Assembly (NCBI GenBank): GCA_902556355.1 | Contig: CACDVW010000003.1 | Location: 1 to 62,108, forward strand | Length of the DNA stretch: 62,108 nt | DNA from: an uncultured SAR86 cluster bacterium | GTDB lineage: Bacteria; Pseudomonadota; Gammaproteobacteria; Magnimaribacterales; D2472 | Reading direction: 5' to 3' | In this document: positions 1-9,223 of the stretch, piece by piece | Layout: each line of letters opens with the position of its first letter | Numbering within the stretch: the first letter of the stretch is position 1 | The notes under the pieces: generated by a model | Database searches by the model: none | Seen by the model: the letters and a program-made list of their open reading frames with translations, nothing else | Told to the model about the DNA's origin: nothing | Made by a program: the position numbers and the translations under genes

Positions 1-525
1 AATCGAATATATGATGACAAAAAAGCATCTGAAACAGACGTCCTTCATGTTTCTCCTGAAAACTTTTTAAGAAAGATTTTTAAAGAAAAATATAAGAGCT
101 ATATTTCTTCTGATTTATATCGGGAGGATGTAGATCACCAGTTTGATATTCAAAGCATACCCTATCCAGATAATTCTTTTGATTTGGTTTTTGCTTCACA
201 TGTTTTAGAGTATGTAAAAAATGATAGGCGAGCCATACAAGAAATAAAAAGAGTACTAAGGCCAGGAGGCTTAGCATTTTTACCCGTTCCCATGCTTCAT
301 GATAAAACTATTGATTTTGAAGAAAGACCACGAAATAAAAGGATCATACGAGAGACTGGGGTAGACTATTTTGATCGCTACAGGGAAGTTTTTTCTGAAG
401 TAACTGTTTATGAGCCAAGCTCATTTGATGAAAAATTTAATTTAACTATCGATATGCAAGATATTTCAGAATCAGAAAAACATAATTACCAGCTGCCAAA
501 TCTGCTTCCGGTCTGCTCAGCATAA
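1..525 (+). CDS. class I SAM-dependent methyltransferase (Methyltransf_11-like), 5' end outside window
   Basis: Frame 1 is open from nt 1 with no stop before 523-525. DLVFASHVLEYV and LRPGGLAFLPVP blocks resemble small-molecule methyltransferases. The track ORF 184..525 is only the Met-initiated tail. Confidence 0.6.
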   Translation, partial: NRIYDDKKASETDVLHVSPENFLRKIFKEKYKSYISSDLYREDVDHQFDIQSIPYPDNSFDLVFASHVLEYVKNDRRAIQEIKRVLRPGGLAFLPVPMLHDKTIDFEERPRNKRIIRETGVDYFDRYREVFSEVTVYEPSSFDEKFNLTIDMQDISESEKHNYQLPNLLPVCSA

Positions 526-536
526 ATGGGTATTGA

Positions 537-695
537 TTATTTTTTTCTATAAGTCCAATCAATTGCAGCGCCAATAGCTACTCCGACCACTATCCAGACA
601 GGCTCTTTAGTTAAAGCAAAAACAACAGCGCCAAGTGCAACGCCAACAGCGATCCAGTTACCAGAATTATTAGCATTTTTTTCCTTGTCTTTCAT
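537..695 (-). CDS. small membrane protein, 52 aa (not in ORF track)
   Basis: Hand translation gives MKDKEKNANNSGNWIAVGVALGAVVFALTKEPVWIVVGVAIGAAIDWTYRKK. GAGGAG lies 5 nt upstream of the ATG on the minus strand. Gly/Ala-rich hydrophobic stretches are present. Confidence 0.35.
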   Translation of the reverse strand: MKDKEKNANNSGNWIAVGVALGAVVFALTKEPVWIVVGVAIGAAIDWTYRKK

Positions 696-720
696 TTAGT
701 CTCCTCGCTAGCATTTTAGT

Positions 721-930
721 TTACTTACAAGCTGATTCACTGTCATCTATAACGGCCTGAACAGATGATGGCACATTTTCGCCTTGATTTTGATAGTGGT
801 TTTTTAAAATACAGGCCTGTTCAAACGTCATATTATATTCATAGTAATTGGTTGTATTGGATGGCCTTTCAACGCTAACACAGGATGATATTGATATGCA
901 TGTAATAAACAATAATGCTAATTTCTTCAT
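721..930 (-). CDS. small lipoprotein, 69 aa
   Basis: N-terminal MKKLALLFITCISISSC looks like a signal peptide with a lipobox-like Cys. Confidence 0.5.
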   Translation of the reverse strand: MKKLALLFITCISISSCVSVERPSNTTNYYEYNMTFEQACILKNHYQNQGENVPSSVQAVIDDSESACK

Positions 931-950
931 GAAACTTTCCTTTTAAAAAA

Positions 951-1166
951 TTATTTGGGTAGTTTAAAAATATCCTCTACTTTGCATCCCAAGGTTTCTG
1001 CAATCTTTAATGCAAGAACAGTGGAGGGCACATAGATCCCATTTTCTATTGCATTGATACTTTTTCTTGAAACCTCTGCGCTCTCAGATAAATCACTTTG
1101 AGTTAATCCAGCTTTTTTTCTCAGCTGCTCAAGATTATTAATAAGTTTTTTATGATTTTTTCCCAA
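951..1166 (-). CDS. XRE (Cro/C1-type) helix-turn-helix transcriptional regulator
   Basis: LRKKAGLTQSDLSESAEVSRKSINAIENGIYVPSTVLALKIAETLGCKVEDIF is a classic HTH_3 pattern. Confidence 0.85.
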   Translation of the reverse strand: MGKNHKKLINNLEQLRKKAGLTQSDLSESAEVSRKSINAIENGIYVPSTVLALKIAETLGCKVEDIFKLPK

Positions 1167-1168
1167 AA

Positions 1169-1564
1169 CTATTTCTTTTCAAAATCTTCAACAGCGTTTG
1201 TTAATTCTTCACTTGTATTAGGATAGAGGTAACCAGCAATAATTTGACCAATGCCTATAGTACCAACTAAAGCTCCAACACCCTTTAAGATGTTACCCAA
1301 AAAGAACACACCAAAAAGGAAAAGACCAATTCCAACAAATAGTGTAACAACACCACTTCTTCTATAGTCAATCGGCTGTTTTTTTCTTTCATCAAGCAAG
1401 GCTACTAAATCTTCAAGCTTTGATGGATCGTCTATGTTTTTAGATATCTCTAAAATTGTTTTATTCTTATCTTTGCTTTCTAAATACAACCACACAAAAA
1501 CTGCAACCGGAATTATTATTCCTGTCAGCATTCCCAATGATGGTATTACTATTTCTGGACTCAT
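1169..1564 (-). CDS. membrane protein co-transcribed with the XRE regulator
   Basis: Two hydrophobic segments. The stop lies 2 nt from the XRE start. The C-terminal ELTNAVEDFEKK resembles the tail of the upstream 72-aa ORF. Confidence 0.6.
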   Translation of the reverse strand: MSPEIVIPSLGMLTGIIIPVAVFVWLYLESKDKNKTILEISKNIDDPSKLEDLVALLDERKKQPIDYRRSGVVTLFVGIGLFLFGVFFLGNILKGVGALVGTIGIGQIIAGYLYPNTSEELTNAVEDFEKK

Positions 1565-1782
1565 TACTTTCTCCTATTTTTTTCAAAGCTTTCAACAGCA
1601 TTATTAATTATCTCGACTTCATTCAATTGCCTGTAACCAAAATATATGCAAGTTAGACCAATTCCAATAAATATCAATCCCATGCCTGTAAACAACAATC
1701 CCAATGGATCATATAGAGCAATACCAACAAAACTTATTCCTAAACCTAAATTCATAATTATGTTATTTTTTTGACTTATCAT
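1564..1782 (-). CDS. small membrane protein, paralogous tail to 1169..1564
   Basis: Two hydrophobic helices. The C-terminal EIINNAVESFEKNRRK mirrors NAVEDFEKK of the next gene. It shares 1 nt with the downstream gene. Confidence 0.55.
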   Translation of the reverse strand: MISQKNNIIMNLGLGISFVGIALYDPLGLLFTGMGLIFIGIGLTCIYFGYRQLNEVEIINNAVESFEKNRRK

Positions 1783-1889
1783 ATATCTCTCCTAAAAAAT
1801 GTAACGCAAACTTATCATCTTTTTTATGAGAAGTAAAGGTTACAATTAATTATTTTTCAAAAATTCCAAATTAAGTTTAGAATTAAAGA

Positions 1890-2672
1890 ATGAGTAAATT
1901 AATAAGTTTGTTATCTTTAAGTTTTTTATTTTCTTTTTCATCTTTTAGTTCAGCACATGATCTTATGGCAGCAATTCAAAGTGACGACAGAAGCCCTAAA
2001 AATGTTGTGCGTGATGAATATAGAAATCCTGCTGAAACACTAACTTTTTTTCAAATAAAACCTGATATGAGAGTTGTGGAGTTGTCTCCTGGAGGGGGCT
2101 GGTATACAGAAATTTTATCAAATTATCTGCATGAACCAGGAATATTGATTGCTGCACATTTTGATAAAGATTCCGAGGTTGCGTATTTTAAAAGAGGCAG
2201 AGCAAACTTTGAAAAGAAAATAGCATCTAGCCCAATGTATTCAAATGTAGAAATAGTAGATTTAAGCTCCAATCTTGCTGAAGAAAATTCTGTAGATGCA
2301 GTTATAACTTTTAGAAACCTGCATAATTGGCTGGGCCCACAAATGGATTCCATATTTGCAAATAGTTTCAAGGCCCTAAAGCCTGGCGGTGTTTTTGGAG
2401 TTGTAGAACATAGAGCCGATCCAGGAACATCTATAGATGATATGAAAAAAAGTGGCTATGTAACTGAAGAGCATGCGATTACAATTGCTAAAAAACATGG
2501 ATTTGTCCTTGTTGCAAAATCAGAAATAAATGCCAACCCAAAAGACACCAAAGATCATCCAAGGGGTGTCTGGACACTGCCTCCAAACCTTAGGCTTAAA
2601 GATGTTAATAGGAATAAATATTTATCAATCGGGGAAAGTGACAGAATGACCCTTTTATTTAAAAAGCCATAG
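1890..2672 (+). CDS. secreted/periplasmic class I SAM-dependent methyltransferase-like protein
   Basis: N-terminal signal-like LLSLSFLFSFSSFSSA. VVELSPGGGWYTEIL fits the glycine-rich SAM motif I, followed by LKPGGVFGVVEH. Confidence 0.7.
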   Translation: MSKLISLLSLSFLFSFSSFSSAHDLMAAIQSDDRSPKNVVRDEYRNPAETLTFFQIKPDMRVVELSPGGGWYTEILSNYLHEPGILIAAHFDKDSEVAYFKRGRANFEKKIASSPMYSNVEIVDLSSNLAEENSVDAVITFRNLHNWLGPQMDSIFANSFKALKPGGVFGVVEHRADPGTSIDDMKKSGYVTEEHAITIAKKHGFVLVAKSEINANPKDTKDHPRGVWTLPPNLRLKDVNRNKYLSIGESDRMTLLFKKP

Positions 2673-2680
2673 GTATTGAT

Positions 2681-3652
2681 ATGCAATATAGAAATCTTGG
2701 AAAGTCAGGCCTAAAAGTTTCTGCTCTTTCATTTGGTTCTTGGGTAACTTTTCACAAGCAAGTAGATTCTAAGCTTGCAGAAAGAATGTTTGGAATGTGC
2801 CTAGATGCTGGAGTAAATTTTTTTGACAATGCAGAAGGTTATGAAAGAGGTATGTCAGAAAGTGTAATGGGAGAGGCTCTTAAAAGCCTTGGAAGATCAA
2901 GAGACTCCTATTGTGTAAGTTCAAAAGTTTTCTTTGGAGCTAACGATAATCCACTTCCAACTCAAATGGGCTTAAGTAGAAAACATGTAACAGAGGCATG
3001 CAACCAGGCTCTTCAAAGATTGCAGGTAGATTATTTAGATTTATATTTTTGTCATAGAGCAGACCCCGATACGCCTATTGAAGAAACTGTTTGGGCTATG
3101 CATAACTTAATAACCCAAGGAAAAATTTTATATTGGGGAACATCTGAATGGACAGCAGAAGAAATTAAAGAAGCTTATGAATTTGCATTAGCAAATAATT
3201 TGACGCCTCCAACTATGGAACAACCCCAATACAATTTATTGGACAGGCAGAGGTTTGAGGTTGAATATAATCCTATATTTGAAAAATATAAAATGGGAAC
3301 AACCACATGGTCTCCACTTGCATCTGGAGCATTAACTGGAAAATATTTAGAGGGTGTTCCTGATGGATCAAGGGCCTCTCTAAAAGGATATGAGTGGCTA
3401 AGAAAACATATGATCGAATCTGACAGGGGCCAAGAAAGAATGAACAGGGTATCAAAATATATCGAAATAACAAAAAAATATAACTTAGACCCCACAAAGC
3501 TAGCCATAGCATGGTGTTTGTTAAATAAAAATGTTTCTACTGTAATCCTTGGAGCGTCTGATATGACACAACTAGAAAATAATCTTAAGTCTTTAGATTA
3601 CTTGAAAAATTTTGACGATGCTGATTTAACAGAGGCTTTAAGAAAGGTCTAG
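2681..3652 (+). CDS. aldo/keto reductase (Kv-beta/AKR6-like)
   Basis: MQYRNLGKSGLKVSALSFGSW, FFDNAEGYERG, YLDLYFCHRADP and ILYWGTSEW are typical AKR signatures. Confidence 0.9.
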   Translation: MQYRNLGKSGLKVSALSFGSWVTFHKQVDSKLAERMFGMCLDAGVNFFDNAEGYERGMSESVMGEALKSLGRSRDSYCVSSKVFFGANDNPLPTQMGLSRKHVTEACNQALQRLQVDYLDLYFCHRADPDTPIEETVWAMHNLITQGKILYWGTSEWTAEEIKEAYEFALANNLTPPTMEQPQYNLLDRQRFEVEYNPIFEKYKMGTTTWSPLASGALTGKYLEGVPDGSRASLKGYEWLRKHMIESDRGQERMNRVSKYIEITKKYNLDPTKLAIAWCLLNKNVSTVILGASDMTQLENNLKSLDYLKNFDDADLTEALRKV

Positions 3653-3688
3653 TTTAAAAATTAAATTGAAAATATAAGGAGAAAATTT

Positions 3689-3970
3689 ATGAATGAGAAA
3701 TATATTCAAGCAGCAATATTAGGCTCTCTGATTGGAGGAGCAATACTTTTAGATGACTTTATAAAGCCAGATGGAAAACATACCAACAAAAAACACATGA
3801 TAATAAAATCAGATATTGTTGATACAGAATTTAAATCAATAGACGATTTAAAAGATTTAGATGTTTTAAAAGATATAGATGTTCTAGAAGAGTTAGATTT
3901 TGAAAATCTTGAGGATATGGATGTCCAAATCAAAATTATTAAAAAAGAAGTTAAAAACCACGAAGATTAA
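3689..3970 (+). CDS. small acidic protein with N-terminal hydrophobic segment
   Basis: AAILGSLIGGAILL followed by a periodic acidic tail DLKDLDVLKDIDVLEELDFENLEDMDV. AGGAGA RBS upstream. Confidence 0.5.
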   Translation: MNEKYIQAAILGSLIGGAILLDDFIKPDGKHTNKKHMIIKSDIVDTEFKSIDDLKDLDVLKDIDVLEELDFENLEDMDVQIKIIKKEVKNHED

Positions 3971-3972
3971 TT

Positions 3973-4812
3973 ATGGTTAATACAATTGATCATCTAATAG
4001 TTGCTGTTTCAGATATTAGTATTGCCGAAAAAAATTATTCTAAAATTTTTGGATCAGAACCTGTATGGAGAGGTGAGCATGCAGAATACGGTACTGAAAA
4101 CTCCTTATTTAATTTCAATAATACCTATTTTGAACTTCTCGCTGCAAAAGGCGATGGCTTAGGAGCGATGCTAGTTAATCATGCTCTTCAAGAAACGGGA
4201 GAAGGCTTAATAGGAATAGTTTTTGGAACAGATAATTTAAAAGAAACACATCAAAAACTATCAGACAAAGGCTTTCTCTTAGGAGATATTTCATATGGAG
4301 AGGGCGCTAATTTTAAGGATAATAAAACTAGAAAGTGGAAGAATTTATTTTTACCACCAGAGCTGACTAGAGGAATTTTTTCTTTTTTGATTGAACATAC
4401 TGAAGGAACCTTGCCAACAGTAGATAGATTTGAATCCTCAATGGTTAATAAGTTAGATCATGTTGTAATAAATACAAATGATGCAGATGGATTTATCAAT
4501 GTCTATAAAGATATTTTTAATATCAGACTTGCCTTGGATAAATTTGTTGATGAATGGAAAAGCAGAATGCTGTTTTTTCGTTTAAATAAAACAACAATTG
4601 AGGTCATAGAAAAGAAAAATGATGAGGAGCCAAAAGATTCATTATGGGGCCTATCATGGGAGGTTGATAACATTGAAGAAGCGCACAAGAGACTTGAAAA
4701 AGCAGGGATAGAAATTACGCCAATAAAAAAAGGCATTAAAGAAAATACGATGGTCGCGACCATAAAGTCACATACACACAATGTACCAACCTTGTTGATA
4801 CAACATACATGA
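3973..4812 (+). CDS. VOC/glyoxalase-like two-domain protein
   Basis: Two repeats begin IDHLIVAVSD and LDHVVINTND, typical of glyoxalase-fold beta-alpha-beta modules. Confidence 0.6.
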   Translation: MVNTIDHLIVAVSDISIAEKNYSKIFGSEPVWRGEHAEYGTENSLFNFNNTYFELLAAKGDGLGAMLVNHALQETGEGLIGIVFGTDNLKETHQKLSDKGFLLGDISYGEGANFKDNKTRKWKNLFLPPELTRGIFSFLIEHTEGTLPTVDRFESSMVNKLDHVVINTNDADGFINVYKDIFNIRLALDKFVDEWKSRMLFFRLNKTTIEVIEKKNDEEPKDSLWGLSWEVDNIEEAHKRLEKAGIEITPIKKGIKENTMVATIKSHTHNVPTLLIQHT

Positions 4813-5654
4813 CAGATATAACTTATAACCAGGTATACGCAGTAGGAGTGCCTATAGTTCTCTTTATGATATTGGTTGAAGTTTTGGCTTCTAGTTGGGA
4901 TAAAAAATCTTATTATAAAAAAGGCGATACTTTATGTACTATTGGCTTGCTCCTAGGCAATATTGCAATGGTTTATGCCTTTAAAGGTTTAACGTTAGCC
5001 CTTCATTTTTATATTTTCCAATTCAAGCTTTTTGATATATCCCAAAGCATGCCTTTATGGGCTAACTGGATGCTGACTTTTGTCTTAATAGATTTTGTTT
5101 TTTATATTTATCATCGAATGTCACATAGAGTGAGATTTCTATGGGCAATTCATATGAGTCATCACTCAAGCGAGGAGATGAACTTTGCAGTATCTTTTAG
5201 GCAAGCATGGTTTGGGCCTATTTCAAAAATACCTTTTTTTATTATGTTACCTTTGATTGGACTAGACCCAACAATTATTGCAGTTGCAGGAGTTATAAGT
5301 ACTCTTTGGGGGATTGTTGGACATACTCAAATTATTGATAAACTTGGACCTTTAGAATGGATTTTTAATACCCCCTCACATCACAGAGTTCATCACGGAT
5401 CTAATGAGCAATACATAGATAAAAACTATGGAAATCTTTTAATAATTTGGGACAAAATGTTTGGAACCTTCGAACCTGAAAAAGAACCAGTTACTTATGG
5501 GTTAGTTAAGAATGTAAATACATTTAACCCAGTGACAATAACGTTCATGGGATGGAAAGCAATTATGAATGACATCAAACAATCAAAAAGTATTTCACAG
5601 GCTTTGCATTTATTTTTTGGTCCGCCTAACACTAGAAGCAAGGAGATGTTTTGA
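4809..5654 (+). CDS. fatty acid hydroxylase / sterol desaturase family membrane protein
   Basis: Histidine boxes HRMSH, HMSHH and HHRVHH plus NYGNLLIIWDKMFGT. ATGA start/stop overlap with the upstream gene. Confidence 0.85.
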   Translation: MTDITYNQVYAVGVPIVLFMILVEVLASSWDKKSYYKKGDTLCTIGLLLGNIAMVYAFKGLTLALHFYIFQFKLFDISQSMPLWANWMLTFVLIDFVFYIYHRMSHRVRFLWAIHMSHHSSEEMNFAVSFRQAWFGPISKIPFFIMLPLIGLDPTIIAVAGVISTLWGIVGHTQIIDKLGPLEWIFNTPSHHRVHHGSNEQYIDKNYGNLLIIWDKMFGTFEPEKEPVTYGLVKNVNTFNPVTITFMGWKAIMNDIKQSKSISQALHLFFGPPNTRSKEMF

Positions 5655-6043
5655 AGACTTTAAAGGAAGAGGCTGTATTTAATTCAGCAGCTAGTAATTT
5701 ATGGGAAATCCTATCTGATGTAACTCGCTGCGACTGGATAGATACTGTTGATAATATTGAGATGGAAGGTGACTGCAGAGTGTTTGAGATGTCAGGAATG
5801 GGAAAAATTAAAGAGCGTATTATTAAGTTAGACAATGAGTCTATGGAGCTTCAATATTCCGCAGTAGAGACGATGGCACCAATAAACCATCATCTGGCAA
5901 CTATTAATATTTCAGAAGTAACTGACAATAAGTGTTTGCTAGACTGGACAACTGAAATTGACCCAGAGATATTTGCAGATGCTATTCACCAAGGAATGTT
6001 GATTTCAATAAGCGGACTTAGAAAAGTTTTAGATGAATCTTAG
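5651..6043 (+). CDS. SRPBCC (Bet v1/polyketide-cyclase-like) family protein
   Basis: About 130 aa with the typical opening AVFNSAASNLWEILSDV. TTG start overlaps the upstream stop and AGGAGA lies 5 nt upstream. Confidence 0.55.
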   Translation: MKTLKEEAVFNSAASNLWEILSDVTRCDWIDTVDNIEMEGDCRVFEMSGMGKIKERIIKLDNESMELQYSAVETMAPINHHLATINISEVTDNKCLLDWTTEIDPEIFADAIHQGMLISISGLRKVLDES

Positions 6044-6753
6044 TTGTCTTCAAAACCTACATATTTTACAAAATCACTATTATCAGCTCTCACTGAGCGG
6101 ACGTGGTTTGCCGGGAAGTCATCGTCAGGATAACCCATAGCTATACAAATCATTATATTTTGATCGTCAGGTATTTGAGCGTGCTCTCGAACAACATGAG
6201 ATTGCATAATTCCTTGGCCATTAATAACACAACCTATTCCTCTCTCCCATGCAGCTAAGACAATTCCATAAGCTAATGATCCCAGACCAAATTGACTGAT
6301 TGCTGCTGGTTCTAAATATTTATCATAAGTAAGTACTAATGAGACCGGTGCATCAAATTGTCTAAAGCCTCTCAACATCCAATCCATACGTTTTTCTTTA
6401 TCATCTCTTTCAATTCCCATGGCCTCGAAAAGCTGGATAGCAACATCGATTTGATTTTTTCTATGAACACCCTCGTATTCTTCTTTATAAGGAAAGTCTC
6501 TGACATGAGGCTTACCAGCCATTGTTTCTTCAATGTTGCCCTCCCTTATTTTATTTAAAACATCACCAGCAACTGCATGAATATGCCATGTTTGAGTGTT
6601 ATATGAAGTTGGAGCCCATTTGGCAGCATCAATAATTTCATCAACCAACTCTTTTGGGACAGGTTTATCTAAGAAGCCTCTTACACTTTTTCTTGATTCA
6701 GCAAATTCTTTAAAATTCATAATAATAATTTTATTTTTTTTTGATTTTGGCAT
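6040..6753 (-). CDS. nitroreductase family protein
   Basis: SRKSVRGFLDKPV, AAKWAPTSYNTQTWH and a C-terminal GYP motif. The true start may be Met12 at 6720. Confidence 0.8.
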   Translation of the reverse strand: MPKSKKNKIIIMNFKEFAESRKSVRGFLDKPVPKELVDEIIDAAKWAPTSYNTQTWHIHAVAGDVLNKIREGNIEETMAGKPHVRDFPYKEEYEGVHRKNQIDVAIQLFEAMGIERDDKEKRMDWMLRGFRQFDAPVSLVLTYDKYLEPAAISQFGLGSLAYGIVLAAWERGIGCVINGQGIMQSHVVREHAQIPDDQNIMICIAMGYPDDDFPANHVRSVRADNSDFVKYVGFEDN

Positions 6754-6802
6754 ATTTCAGTATTTTTTAACACGCTCATTTTTATGTATACAATGATAAG
6801 AA

Positions 6803-7171
6803 ATGAAAAATCAAAACGTTTATAAAATCTTAAGTATTAGAGAGTGGGACGAAGCTCAACAATTAGGATATATAAATACAGATTTAGATAAAAAAGATGG
6901 CTTTATTCATTTTTCAAACGCCAATCAATTAGCGGCAAGTTTAGAGTTATACTTTTCTGATCATGAAGAAGTTATATTGCTTCTGCCTAAAATGAAAAAA
7001 ATTGAATCTTATTTGAAATACGAACCGACTGATGCAGGCACCAAGCGAAAGGGTTTTTTTGCTCATCTATATGGCAATTTAATGATAGAAGATGTTGAAA
7101 AGTCATGGTCAATAAAAAGAGGGGCCTTTCAATTACCGCTGTCCATCCTTTTAGAAGCAGAGCCTGTTTAA
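6803..7171 (+). CDS. DUF952 family protein
   Basis: GFIHFSNANQ and FAHLYGNL blocks match my memory of the DUF952 consensus. Confidence 0.7.
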   Translation: MKNQNVYKILSIREWDEAQQLGYINTDLDKKDGFIHFSNANQLAASLELYFSDHEEVILLLPKMKKIESYLKYEPTDAGTKRKGFFAHLYGNLMIEDVEKSWSIKRGAFQLPLSILLEAEPV

Positions 7172-7219
7172 TTAATTTGAAACTAGACTAGTATATAAAG
7201 TTTAAGTATTCTAAATAGC

Positions 7220-7651
7220 ATGAAACTTAAATTACCTTTTTCTGATAAAAATCTTCACTGGACCACTGTTACAAGTGAAAAAGTTCTTTTAGCAATTATA
7301 GGAATTGCAACGTGTATTGCCGCTGCTCAATATCTCTTTGAAATGTATGAGGCAAGAGAAATATTATTAGCAGATTTATTTTTGCTTTTTATTTATGTAG
7401 AAATTATAGGTATGGTAGGGGCTTTTTATAGCACTAATAGAATACCTGTAACATTACCGATAATTATTGCTATAACCGCACTATGTAGACTTATTATCAT
7501 GCAAGGAAAAGAGATGGATGCCCTCATGCTAATAGGGGAAGCAAGTGCCGTTCTTATTTTGGCTGCAGCTGCATATATTATGAGCCTTAAGGACAAAGTC
7601 AGCTTGGAAAAGAAAAAAGAATTCGCTGAAGACAAAAGTCCAGAAAATTAG
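7220..7651 (+). CDS. PsiE-like (phosphate-starvation-inducible E) membrane protein
   Basis: About 140 aa with four hydrophobic helices in a PsiE-like layout. Family assignment is by resemblance only. Confidence 0.45.
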   Translation: MKLKLPFSDKNLHWTTVTSEKVLLAIIGIATCIAAAQYLFEMYEAREILLADLFLLFIYVEIIGMVGAFYSTNRIPVTLPIIIAITALCRLIIMQGKEMDALMLIGEASAVLILAAAAYIMSLKDKVSLEKKKEFAEDKSPEN

Positions 7652-7653
7652 AG

Positions 7654-7821
7654 ATGGAAATTTTTACCTACCTGGTTTTTGCTTGGTTTTTTATCCATTT
7701 TATAGAATGCTTTGTATATAAAAATCTTATTGCAAAATCTCCTCACGGAAAAACTAAAGCCATTATCTATACCATGTTATTTGGAATTCTTTACTTAAGG
7801 AGAATTAAGTCGAAGAATTAA
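7654..7821 (+). CDS. possible small membrane protein, 55 aa (not in ORF track)
   Basis: Hand translation gives MEIFTYLVFAWFFIHFIECFVYKNLIAKSPHGKTKAIIYTMLFGILYLRRIKSKN, with two hydrophobic stretches. The 3' end overlaps the convergent helicase gene by 17 nt. Confidence 0.3.
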   Translation: MEIFTYLVFAWFFIHFIECFVYKNLIAKSPHGKTKAIIYTMLFGILYLRRIKSKN

Positions 7822-9121
7822 AGTTTTCTTTATGAAAATCTTTTATTGCTGCGTCAACTAATGCGTCTCTTACTTTAAGTTCTTGATATAAATTAACTGA
7901 ATTAAGAGTTTTGCATCTACTTAAAGCTACGTATGTCTGACCCGTAGCAAAAGCACCATTACCAAGATCAATGGAGCAACTTTCTAAAGTTAAGCCTTGC
8001 GCCTTGTGAATAGTTACAGCCCAGCCAAGCTTTAATGGGAATTGTTTAAAAGATGAAACTATTTCTTCTTCCATCTCATCATTATATTCGTCGTATACAT
8101 ATTTAATTTTATTCCACTCTTCTCTTTTAACCTTAAATATTTCATCCCCAACTTGTACCCTTAAAAACCGACCTTTTTTATCAGAACAGTTTGTGACCAC
8201 CCCAATAGTTCCGTTTACCCATCTTCCCTCACTATCATTTTTAATAAACATCACTTTTGCATCCTTTTTTATTCTAAGATTTCTTGGCGCAGGAAGATCA
8301 TTATCATTAAGCTCTCCAAGCTCTTCAGATTTTGCAGAGGTAGCAGGGCCATCTATTTCGTTCAGCATTGCCTCATTAATTTGGTCGGCCCTATACTTTC
8401 TGGTTGTGATTATTAATGAAGATTCATTTTCAAACTCTGGATTAAAGCATCTCCTATTTATTTTATTTATAGTTTCTGAAAGATTCTCACCTAATCGAAT
8501 ATTGTTCAGTAAAGAATAAAAGTCTTCATCCTCACTTTGCCTAAAAGAATATGTGAGCTCAAAAAAAGCTGGAGCCTCTATTTCTTTAAAGCTATTGGAG
8601 CTAAAAAAATATACAGACTCATATTTTTCATCAATAGCATCAATCTCATTATCTTTTACTACCGGAGGAAGTTGAAAAAGATCTCCACATGCCAAAACAT
8701 GAATGCCGCCAAAGGGTTCTGAAGAGCTTCTATGTAGTTTCAAAGTTTCGGATATAGCATCAAGCATTGGAGCCCTAACCATAGAGATTTCATCAATAAT
8801 AAGTAACTCTAGTTTTTTAAGTAATTTTTTAAATCTTGGGTCATTAGATTCTTGAATTTGAGGGAAAATATCAAAGCCTATTCTAAAAGCAGAATTAATT
8901 GTACTTCCTCCAATATTAAGTGCTGCAACCCCGGTTGGAGCTACAACCATCTTTTTGAGATTATTTTCATCAAGGACTCTTTCAATTAGTGTGGTTTTAC
9001 CAGTTCCAGCTGCTCCTGTGAGGTAAATGAATTGTTGAGTATCAGAATCTAGTAGCTCAAGAATTTGATCTAATGTCTGATCAAAAATTTTTAGCTCATC
9101 TTTGACACTGGAGTCTTTCAT
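7805..9121 (-). CDS. PIF1/RecD-like SF1B DNA helicase
   Basis: Walker A GAAGTGKTT, Walker B LIIDEISMV, GDLFQLPPV, TIHKAQGLT and YVALSR are the PIF1/RecD2 motif set. Confidence 0.85.
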   Translation of the reverse strand: MKDSSVKDELKIFDQTLDQILELLDSDTQQFIYLTGAAGTGKTTLIERVLDENNLKKMVVAPTGVAALNIGGSTINSAFRIGFDIFPQIQESNDPRFKKLLKKLELLIIDEISMVRAPMLDAISETLKLHRSSSEPFGGIHVLACGDLFQLPPVVKDNEIDAIDEKYESVYFFSSNSFKEIEAPAFFELTYSFRQSEDEDFYSLLNNIRLGENLSETINKINRRCFNPEFENESSLIITTRKYRADQINEAMLNEIDGPATSAKSEELGELNDNDLPAPRNLRIKKDAKVMFIKNDSEGRWVNGTIGVVTNCSDKKGRFLRVQVGDEIFKVKREEWNKIKYVYDEYNDEMEEEIVSSFKQFPLKLGWAVTIHKAQGLTLESCSIDLGNGAFATGQTYVALSRCKTLNSVNLYQELKVRDALVDAAIKDFHKENFNSST

Positions 9122-9223
9122 TTATTAAAAAGTATTTTTTGGCATGATTGGATGTAAGATTATATGATAAAAAAACAACTCTTTTGAGAGCCTATTTAAT
9201 TCGTTAAAGCACCAAAGTTATAA

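Noticed and set aside
1800-1844. TGTAAC-N33-GTTACA inverted hexamers upstream of the first membrane-XRE operon, and a shared AAGGTTAC octamer with the 18.4 kb intergenic region.
   Set aside because: Hexamer arms with a 33-nt spacer and one shared octamer are within chance expectation, so they are not reported as an operator.
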